A DNA stretch of 64,000 nt from contig OZ024740.1 in the NCBI GenBank assembly GCA_964016885.1, positions 10,602,001-10,666,000 on the forward strand. The letters are read 5' to 3'. The translations under genes were made by a program, and so were the position numbers. Positions 50,101-59,766 of this stretch are shown here, one piece after another. The notes beneath the pieces are model-generated. The model was given only the letters and a program-made list of their open reading frames with translations. It did not search any database and was not told where the DNA came from. Numbering within the stretch: position 1 is the stretch's first letter; each line of letters begins with the position of its first letter. Origin of the DNA: Eledone cirrhosa. Lineage: Eukaryota.

Positions 50101-53100
50101 TAGATAGCAACACAACATATTTATAGTTAGATAGCAACACAATATATTTATAGTTAGATAGCAACACAACATACTTATAGTTAGATAGCAACACAACCTA
50201 CTTATAGTTAGATAGCAACACAGGATACTTATAGTTAGATAGAAAAACAACACACTTATTGTTAGATAGCCACACAACATACTTATAGTTAGATAGCAAC
50301 ACAACATATTTATAGTTAGATAGCAACACAACATATTTATAGTTAGATAGCAACACAACATATTTATAGTTAGATAGCAACACAGCCTACTTATAGTTAG
50401 ATAACAACAGAGCCTACTTATAGTTAGATAGCAACACAACATATTTATAGTTAGGTAGCAACACAACATATTTATAGTTAGATAGCAACACAGCCTACTT
50501 ATAGTTAGATAGCAACACAACATATTTATAGATAGATAGCAACACAATATATTTATAGTTAGATAGTAACACAATATATTTATAGTTAGATAGCAACACA
50601 GCCTACTTATAGTTAGATAGCGACAGAGCCTACTTATAATTAGATAGCAACACAACATATTTATAGTTAGATATCAACACAGCCTACTTATAGTTAGATA
50701 GCAACACAACATATTTATAGTTAGATAGCAACACAGCCTACTTATAGTTAGATAGCACAGAGCCTACTTATAGTTAGATAGCAACACAACATACATATAG
50801 TTAGATAGCAAAACAACATATTTATAGTTAGATAGCAACACAACATATTTATAGTTAGATAGCAACACAACATATTTATAGTTAGATAGCAACACAACAT
50901 ATTTATAGTTAGATAGCAACACATCCTATTTATAGTTAGATAGCAACACAGCATACTTATAGTTAGATAGAAAAACAACATATTTATAGTTAGATAGCAA
51001 CACAACATACATGTAGTTAGATAGCAACACAACATACATATAGTTAGATGGCAACACAACATACATATAGTTAGATAGCAACACAACATATCTATAGTTA
51101 GATAGCAACACAGCCTACTTATAGTTAGATAGCAACACAACATATTTATAGTTAGATAGCAACACAACATTTATAGTTAGATAGCAACACAGCATATTTA
51201 TAGTTATATAGCAAAACAACATATTTATAGTTAGATAGCAACACAACATATTTATAGTTAGATAGCAACACAGCCTACTCATAGTTAGATAGCAACACAA
51301 CATTTATAGTTAGATAGCAACACAACATATATATAGTTAGATAGCAACACTGCATACTTATAGTTAGATAGAAAAACAACATATTTATAGTATTTATAGT
51401 TAGATAGCAACACAGCCTACTTATAGTTAGATAGCAACACAACATATTTATAGTTAGATAGCAACACAACATATTTATAGTTAGATAGCAACACAACATA
51501 TTTATAGTTAGATAACAACACAACCTACTTATAGTTAGATAGCAACACAACATATTTATAGTTAGATAGTAACACAACATATTTATAGTTAGATAGCAAC
51601 ACAGCCTACTTATAGTTAGATAGCAACACAACATATTTATAGTTAGATAGCAACACAACATGTTTATAGTTAGATAGCAACACAGCCTACTTATAGTTAG
51701 ATAGCAATACAGCCTATTTATAGTTAGATAGCAACACAACATATTTATAGTTAGATAGCAACACAACATATTTATCGTTAGATAGCAACACAACATACAT
51801 ATAGTTAGATAGCAACACAACATATTTATAGTTAGATAGCAACACAACATACATGTAGTTAGATAGCAACACAACATATTTATTGTTAGATAGCAACACA
51901 ACATACATATAGTTAAATAGCAACACAACATACATATAGTTACATATCAAAACAACATATTTATAGTTAGATAGCAACACAGCCTACTTATAGTTAGATA
52001 GCAACACAGCCTACTTATAGTTAGATAGAAAAACAACATATTTATAGTTAGATAGCAACACAACATATTTATAGTTAGATACCAACACAACATATTTATA
52101 GATAGATAGCAACACAACATAGATATTGTTAGATAGCAACACAACATATTTATAGTTAGATAACAACACAACCTACTTATAGTTAGATAGCAACACCACA
52201 TATTTATAGTTAGATAACAACACAACATATTTATAGTTAGATAGCAACACAGCCTACTTATAGTTAGATAGCAACACAACATATTTATAGATAGATAGCA
52301 ACACAATATATTTATAGTTAGATAGCAACACAATATATTTATAGTTAGATAGCAACACAACATACTTATAGTTAGATAGCAACACAACATATTTATAGTT
52401 AGATAGCAACACAGCCTACTTATAGTTAGATAGCAACACAGCCTACTTATAGTTAGATAGCAACACAATATAGTTATAGTTAGATAGCAACACAGCCTAT
52501 TTATAGTTAGATAGCAACACAACATATTTATAGTTAGATAGCAACACAACATATTTGTCGTTAGATAGCAACACAACATACATATAGTTAGATAGCAACA
52601 CAACATATTTATAGTTAGATAGCAACACAACATACGTATAGTTAGATAGCAACACAACATATTTATTGTTAGATAGCAACACAACATATTTATAGTTAGA
52701 TAGCAACACAGCCTATTTATAGTTAGATAGCAACACAGCCTACTTATAGTTAGATAGCAACACAACATACATATAGTTAGATAGCAACACAACATATTTA
52801 TAGTTAGATAGCAACACAACATATTTATAGTTAGATAGCAACACAACATATTTATAGTTAGATAGCAACACAGCCTACTTATAGTTAGATAGCAACACAA
52901 CATATGTATAGTTAGATAGCAACACAGCCTACTTATAGTTAGATAGCAACAGAGCTTACTTATAGTTAGATAGCAACACAACATATTTATAGTTAGATAG
53001 CAACACAGCCTACTTATAGTTAGATAGCAACACAACATATTTATAGTTAGATAGCAACACAACATATTTATAGTTAGATAGCAACACAACATATTTATAG

Positions 53101-56100
53101 TTAGATAGCAACACATCCTATTTATAGTTAGATAACAACACAACATACTTATAGTTAGATAGAAAAACAACATATTTATAGTTAGATAGCAACACAACAT
53201 ACATAGTTAGATAGCAACACAACATACATATAGTTAGATGGCAACACAACATACATATAGTTAGATAGCAACACAACATATCTATAGTTAGATAGCAACA
53301 CAGCCTACTTATAGTTAGATAGCAACACAACATATTTATAGTTAGATAGCAACACAACATTTATAGTTAGATAGCAACACAGCATATTTATAGTTATATA
53401 GCAACACAACATATTTATAGTTAGATAGCAACACAACATATTTATAGTTATATAGCAACACAGCATACTTATAGTTAGATAGCAACACAACATATTTATA
53501 GTTAGATAGCAACGCAGCCTACTTATAGTTAGATCGCAACAGAGCCTACTTTTAGTTAGATAGCAACACAACATATTTATAGTTAGATAGCAACACAACA
53601 TATTTATAGTTAGATAGCAACACAGCCTACTTATAGTTAGATAGCAACACAATATAGTTATAGTCAGATAGCAACACAACATATTTATAGATAGATAGCA
53701 ACACAATATATTTATAGTTAGATAGCAACACAATATATTTATAGTTAGATAGCAACACAACATACTTATAGTTAGATAGCAACACAGGATACTTATAGTT
53801 AGATAGAAAAACAACACACTTATCGTTAGATAGCCACACAACATATTTATAGTTAGATAGCAACACAACATATTTATAGTTAGATAGCAACACAACCTAC
53901 TTATAGTTAGATAGCAACACAGCCTACTTATAGTTAGATAGCAACACAATATAGTTATAGTTAGATAGCAACACAGCCTATTTATAGCTAGATAGCAATA
54001 CAACATATTTATAGTTAGATAGCAACACAACATATTTATCGTTAGATAGCAACACAACATACATATAGTTAGATAGCAACACAACATATTTATAGTTAGA
54101 TAGCAACACAACATACATATAGTTAGATAGCAACACAACATATTTATTGTTAGATAGCAACACAACATATTTATATTTAGATAGCAACACAGCATATTTA
54201 TAGTTAGATAGCAACACAACATATTTATAGTTAGATAACAACACAACATACATATAGTTAGATAGCAACACAACATATTTATAGTTAGATAGCAACACAG
54301 CCTACTTGTAGTTAGATAGCAACACAACATTTATAGTTAGATAGTAACACAGCCTACTTATAGTTAGATAGCAACACAACATTTATAGTTAGATAGCAAC
54401 ACAGCCTACTTATAGTTAGATAGCAACACAGCCTACTTATAGTTAGATAGCAACACAGCCCACTCATAGTTAGATAGCAACACAACATATTTATAGTTAG
54501 ATAGCAACAGAGCCTACTTATAGTTAGATAGCAACACAACATACATATAGTTAGATAGCAACACAACATACATATAGTTAGATAGCAACACAACATACAT
54601 ATAGTTAGATAGCAACACAGCCTACTTATAGTTAGATAGCAACACAACATATTTATAGATAGATAGCAACACAATATATTTATAGTTAGATAGCAACACA
54701 ATATATTTATAGTTAGATAGCAACACAACATACTTATAGTTAGATAGCAACACAGGATACTTATAGTTAGATAGAAAAACAACACACTTATCGTTAGATA
54801 GCCACACAACATATTTATAGTTAGATAGCAACACAACATATTTATAGTTAGATAGCAACACAACCTACTTATAGTTAGATAGCAACACAGCCTACTTATA
54901 GTTAGATAGCAACACAATATAGTTATAGTTAGATAGCAACACAGCCTATTTATAGCTAGATAGCAATACAACATATTTATAGTTAGATAGCAACACAACA
55001 TATTTATCGTTAGATAGCAACACAACATACATATAGTTAGATAGCAACACAACATATTTATAGTTAGATAGCAACACAACATACATATAGTTAGATAGCA
55101 ACACAACATATTTATTGTTAGATAGCAACACAACATATTTATATTTAGATAGCAACACAGCATATTTATAGTTAGATAGCAACACAACATATTTATAGTT
55201 AGATAACAACACAACATACATATAGTTAGATAGCAACACAACATATTTATAGTTAGATAGCAACACAGCCTACTTGTAGTTAGATAGCAACACAACATTT
55301 ATAGTTAGATAGTAACACAGCCTACTTATAGTTAGATAGCAACACAACATTTATAGTTAGATAGCAACACAGCCTACTTATAGTTAGATAGCAACACAGC
55401 CTACTTATAGTTAGATAGCAACACAGCCCACTCATAGTTAGATAGCAACACAACATATTTATAGTTAGATAGCAACAGAGCCTACTTATAGTTAGATAGC
55501 AACACAACATACATATAGTTAGATAGCAACACAACATACATATAGTTAGATAGCAACACAACATACATATAGTTAGATAGCAACACAGCCTACTTATAGT
55601 TAGATAGCAACACAACATATTTATAGATAGATAGCAACACAATATATTTATAGTTAGATAGCAACACAATATATTTATAGTTAGATAGCAACACAACATA
55701 CTTATAGTTAGATAGCAACACAGGATACTTATAGTTAGATAGAAAAACAACATACTTATCGTTAGATAGCAACACAACATATTTATAGTTAGATAGCAAC
55801 ACAACATATTCATAGTTAGATAGCAACACAGCCTATTTATAGTTAGATAGCAACACAGCCTACTTATAGTTAGATAGAAAAACAACATATTTATAGTTAG
55901 ATAGCAACACAACATATTTATAGTTAGATAGCAACACAACAAATTTATAGTTAGATAGCAACACAACATACATATTGTTAGATAGCAACACAACATATTT
56001 ATAGTTAGATAACAACACAACCTACTTATAGTTAGATAGCAACACAACATATTTATAGTTAGATAGCAACACAACATATTTATAGTTAGATAGCAACACA

Positions 56101-56988
56101 GCCTACTTATAGTTAGATAGCAACACAACATATTTATAGTTAGATTGCAACACAACATACATATAGTTAGATAGCAACACAGCCTGCTTATAGTTAGATA
56201 GCAACACAACATACATATAGTTAGATAGCAACACAACATACATATAGTTAGATAGCAACACAACATACATATAGTTAGATAGCAACACAGCCTGCTTATA
56301 GTTAGATAGCAACACAACATACATATAGTTAGATAGCAACACATCCTACTTATAGTTAGATAGCAACACAATATAGTTATAGTCAGATAGCAACACAACA
56401 TATTTATAGTTAGATAGCAACGCAGCCTACTTATAGTTAGATAGCAACACAATATAGTTATAGTTAGATAGCAACACAACATATTTATAGTTAGATAGCA
56501 ACACAGCATACTTATAGTTAGATAGCAACACAACATATTTATAGTTAGATAGCAACACAGCCTATTTATAGTTAGATAGCAACACAGCATACTTATAGTT
56601 AGATATAAAAACAACATATTTATAGTTAGATAGCAACACAACATACATATAGTTAGATAGCAACACAACATACATATAGTTAGATAGCAACACAGCATAT
56701 TTATAGTTAGAGAGCAACACAACATATTTATAGTTAGATAGCAACACAACATATTTATAGTTAGATAGCAACACAACATACTTATAGTTTGATAGCAACA
56801 CAACATACTTATAGTTTGATAGCAACACAACATTTATAGTTAGATAGCAACACAACATTTATAGTTAGATAGTAACACAATATATTTATAGTTAGATAGC
56901 AACACAACATATTTATAGTTAGATAGCAACACAACATATTTATAGTTAGATAGCAACACAACATTTATAGTTAGATAGTAACACAGCC
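2200..56988. repeat. 27-bp tandem satellite/minisatellite of ~54.8 kb (~2,000 units); consensus TATAGTTAGATAGCAACACA + (ACATATT | GCCTACT | other variants)
   Basis: Directly visible continuous head-to-tail array in one orientation. Occasional 25-bp units occur (e.g. ...ACACAACATT). The first units at ~2200-2300 are degenerate. The array ends abruptly at ACACAGCC (56988). Confidence 0.99.
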
Positions 56989-57068
56989 AGACAAGGAATA
57001 TTGAATAGTTTCGTTGTTGTTACAACTCATCAGCAATATTTACCTATCTACCGGCCCCTCTGGAGAAT
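56985..57068 (-). ncRNA. Inverted, degenerate copy of the hammerhead ribozyme
   Basis: The reverse complement reads AATATTG-CTGATGA-GTTGTAACAACAAC-GAAACTATT-CAATATT. It lacks the G of stem III (ACTAGT becomes ACTAT) and is truncated in the distal 3' arm of stem I at the satellite junction. Confidence 0.75.
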
Positions 57069-57604
57069 TGTAAAAGCACATATCGTTATATGCTTTTTCT
57101 ATGAAAATTAGTAGTGGGCAGACTAATTTGCATAGAGTGTGAGTACGCACCATTTCAGCGGAGACGATAAAAACAAATAACGAAACGAAATTAAATTTCG
57201 TTTCGTTTGTAACTCACTGGCTTTCTGGAGAATAGAGGGAAGGTGTTCCCCCGAAAACCAGTATGACTCTAAAAACCGGTTTGTCTGTGTGTTTACATAC
57301 AAAATAGCTGGGTTGCTCACAGTAAAGCAACCAGTGAAAGACTTGTTACACCTACATATATATACGTGTGTGTATTCATATACACACTAGTATTTCAGTA
57401 TGCATATGTAGATGTACATTTTTAACTTAATTGTTTAAGCGTCAGTCATACAAAAGTGAGTTACAAACGAAACGAAATTTAATTTCGTTTTGTTATTTGT
57501 TTTTATCGTCTCCGCTGAACCGGTGCGTACTCACACTCTATGCAAATTAGTCTGCCCACTACTAATTTTCATAGAAAAAGCATATAACGATATGTGCTTT
57601 TACA

Positions 57605-57700
57605 ATTCTCCAGAGGGGCCGGTAGATAGGTAAATATTGCTGATGAGTTGTAACAACAACGAAACTAGTTCAATATTCCTTGTCTGGCTTTCTGGAGAAT
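57605..57700 (+). ncRNA. Type I hammerhead ribozyme with a minimal palindromic stem III
   Basis: Stem I is AATATTG (57633-39) with CAATATT (57671-77). The core is CTGATGA (57640-46), stem II is GTTGT-AACA-ACAAC (57647-60), then GAAA (57661-64). Stem III is the palindrome ACTAGT. The triplet is GUU, with a predicted cut after 57670. Stem I extends distally through ATTCTCCAGA (57605-14) and TCTGGAGAAT (57691-700). Confidence 0.88.
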
Positions 57701-58061
57701 AGAGGGAAGGTGTTCCCCCGAAAACCAGTATGACTCTAAAAACCGGTTTGTCTATGTGTTTACATACAGAATAGCTGGGTTGCTCACAGTAAAGCAACCA
57801 GTGAAAGACTTGTTACACCTACATATGTATACGTGTGTGTATTCATATACACACTAGTATTTCAGTATGCATATGTAGATGTACATTTTTAACTTAATTG
57901 TTTAAGCGTCAGTCATACAAAAGTGAGTTACAAACGAAACGAAATTTAATTTCGTTTCGTTATTTGTTTTTAATATAAAATAAATTTAAATTATATTTGT
58001 TTGCATGAGTTCACTTTGATTTATGTTGAAGCAAATATTTCTTTCAATAAAGTATTTTCAG

Positions 58062-58141
58062 GATCCTATGAACTTTGGTGCCATTTTGCGCAGTGCTTAT
58101 TACCTTGGTGCAAACAAAGTCATTTTCTCAAAAGAAAACAG
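58062..58141 (+). CDS. MRM1: Coding exon, SPOUT motif 1: DPMNFGAILRSAYYLGANKVIFSKEN(S)
   Basis: Acceptor tattttcag ends at 58061 and donor gtaatt starts at 58142. The exon is 80 nt, phase 0 to phase 2. D-P-x-N-x-G-A-I-x-R is the SpoU/TrmH signature. Confidence 0.92.
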
Positions 58142-58221
58142 GTAATTTATTTCATTACGATTAAATTTGTCTTTGTGTGAATTTTCCACTCCTTGTGATG
58201 GTTTGAAGAATGCACCAAACC

Positions 58222-58325
58222 ATGCTGTAAAGTGGTGGGTGATAGGAAAGGCAGCCAGCCACAAAAAAACTTGATTATTGTAACATGTATTAAAATCTAG
58301 ACCTCCCGTGACCCATTTGGTCATG
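58222..58325 (+). mobile_element. Diverged SINE fragment
   Basis: CTGTAAAGTGGTGGGTGATAGGAAAGGCAGCCAGCC resembles the family 1 SINE body. Confidence 0.5.
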
Positions 58326-58433
58326 TTCCCTATAAAAATATTTTTTTAAATCATGTTCACTTAAAAATAATTTTCAAATAATTAAAATATACACAGACAT
58401 GTATATAATGTAAAATGAAATTGGAAGGCCCAC

Positions 58434-58456
58434 ATATATGTGTGTGTGTGTATATG

Positions 58457-58494
<38 letters not shown>
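58434..58494. repeat. (TG)n/(TA)n microsatellite
   Basis: Directly visible. Confidence 0.95.
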
Positions 58495-58497
<3 letters not shown>

Positions 58498-58570
58498 CCC
58501 ACTCTACTACCCTAAGTATTGAGTACTTTGGTGCGTTATGGTCCATCTGGTTCCGTACCACATTTCCTTC

Positions 58571-58573
<3 letters not shown>

Positions 58574-58640
<67 letters not shown>
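58574..58640. repeat. (TA)n(TG)n compound microsatellite
   Basis: Directly visible. Confidence 0.95.
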
Positions 58641-58644
<4 letters not shown>

Positions 58645-58858
58645 TCTGTAACCGATATACATTGGTCACAGAGACACACTTATATACACCACACACTTAG
58701 AAACCCTTCCTATGGAAATATTCGCTACACACATCCTCACACAAGTTATATGATGCATATGACTTAATATTCAGTCACCAAATTCAAGCTTGATGCAGTA
58801 ATGCTGTGTTCGATTCTTTGAAGTCACTTGTTATGATTTCATTCAACAACACCACCAG

Positions 58859-58978
58859 CTCTCTCTCTTTTCCATATTTCTTCTCTGTCTCCTTCTCTCT
58901 CCCTCTCTCTATGTCTCTCTTTCAATCTACTCTCTCACAACCACTATCTCTTTCTCTCTATCTTTCTCTCTTTCTATT
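58859..58978. repeat. CT-rich low-complexity tract
   Basis: Degenerate (CT)n. Confidence 0.8.
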
Positions 58979-59199
58979 TATGAAGCTACCTGGAATAAAC
59001 CTATATCTCGAGAACCAATGCTCTGATTTACGCGAAACTTGTTTTATTCCATTTGTATTCCCATTTCAGGGTCAACTTCCTTTCAAAGTATTTACCCATT
59101 ATGCGCCCCTTTGGCTGTATTACAAGCAAGCAAGCAATCACAGAATTTTAGTATTATATAGATAATTTGTGAGAGCTGATGTTAAATTCAAAAGTCTGT

Positions 59200-59452
59200 C
59201 TCAAGCCAAGTACTTATCTTGGTTTCGTGGTGTGAAGCAACTGAGAGAACAAGACTTCCCCCCTGGACAGGACACCAGTCCATTGCAGGATTAAACCTCC
59301 AGCTATTGCTGGTACTCATTTTCAGCTGAGTATACTGGAGCAACGTGAAATGAAGTGTTTTGTTCAAGAACACAACACACAACTCAGTCCGGAATCGAAC
59401 CCACAACTTTATGATCGTAATTCCAACACCCTTACCACTAAACTCTACGCAT
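59200..59452 (-). mobile_element. tRNA-derived CORE-type SINE, reverse orientation
   Basis: The reverse complement has TTTAGTGGTAAGGGTG (A-box-like), GGGTTCGATTCC (B box) and TTCTTGAACAAAACACTTCATTTCACGTTGCTCCAG (CORE-like). Confidence 0.8.
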
Positions 59453-59477
59453 GACGATGCTTTGGGCTCGCTGGCTT

Positions 59478-59644
59478 AGGGTGACCTTGACCTTATCGAG
59501 CAAGATCTTAAATTGCTGAAATTCACCAAGGTGATGAAGGACCGCAATGAATAGAGGGATCTTGTGCAAGAAAAGACCCATCCAACCCATGTAAGCATGG
59601 AAAAGTGAACATAAAATAGTGATGATGATGATGATGGTGATGAT
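59478..59644 (+). mobile_element. 3' end of an RTE-like LINE with a (GAT)n tail
   Basis: Similar to the reverse complement of ~60850-60920. It ends in CCAACCCATGTAAGCATGGAAAAGTGAACATAAAATAG(TGA)n, the tail shared with family 1 SINEs. Confidence 0.6.
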
Positions 59645-59675
59645 TGTCTTGTTATGGTGGTATGATGTAGTCCTC

Positions 59676-59752
59676 TACTTCTTCGCCCACTTATTCCTGA
59701 GAGGGTCATGGGGGCAGGGTCTCCAAACACTCCTTTCGACGAGTCCAGCCAA
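59676..59752 (-). mobile_element. Short retroelement 3'-end fragment (second copy ~61339-61373)
   Basis: CTTCTTC(G/A)CCCACTTAT(T/C)CCTGAGAGGGTCAT occurs at both sites, each preceded by a (CTT)n-like tail. Confidence 0.5.
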
Positions 59753-59766
59753 AATCGTGGATGTTA

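Larger units (their letters stand above)
56985..57972 (+). mobile_element. Hammerhead-bearing non-autonomous retroelement (retrozyme / Penelope-like pseudo-LTR): inverted A, B, A, B, partial A; 467-bp period
   Basis: rc(A) 56985-57218; B 57219-57454; A 57455-57689; B 57686-57921; partial A 57922-57972. By eye the copies differ at only about 3-4 positions per ~235 bp. No convincing ORF. Confidence 0.7.
573..58061 (+). other. Giant GT-AG intron (57,489 bp) of the MRM1-like gene, about 95% satellite DNA
   Basis: Bounded by GTTAGT and TTTTCAG. The flanking exons join in phase across a conserved protein motif. Confidence 0.8.

Noticed and set aside
2226-56858. Dozens of long minus-strand ORFs (MLCCYLTIN / VVLLSNYKY repeats) resembling a Cys-rich repetitive protein
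   Set aside because: They follow from a 27-bp unit that lacks stops on one strand. Frames are broken repeatedly by 25-bp units, there is no unique N- or C-terminus, and the array lies inside an intron of an opposite-strand gene.
2200-56988. CRISPR-like pattern of constant repeat plus variable spacer
   Set aside because: The variable part is only 5-7 nt, drawn from a few related variants and reused hundreds of times. There are no cas genes and the context is a eukaryotic spliced gene.
2200-56988. Telomeric or centromeric identity of the array
   Set aside because: It is not a TTAGGG-type repeat and is flanked on both sides by exons of one gene. Centromere function cannot be judged from sequence.
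57366-57392. Hairpin followed by CTAG suggesting a Helitron 3' end
   Set aside because: The hairpin is AT-rich and microsatellite-like, overlaps the CTAG, and lies inside the 467-bp unit rather than at an element end.
58382-59165. Short ORFs rich in YI/CV/HT/SL
   Set aside because: They are translations of (TA)n, (TG)n and (CT)n microsatellites.
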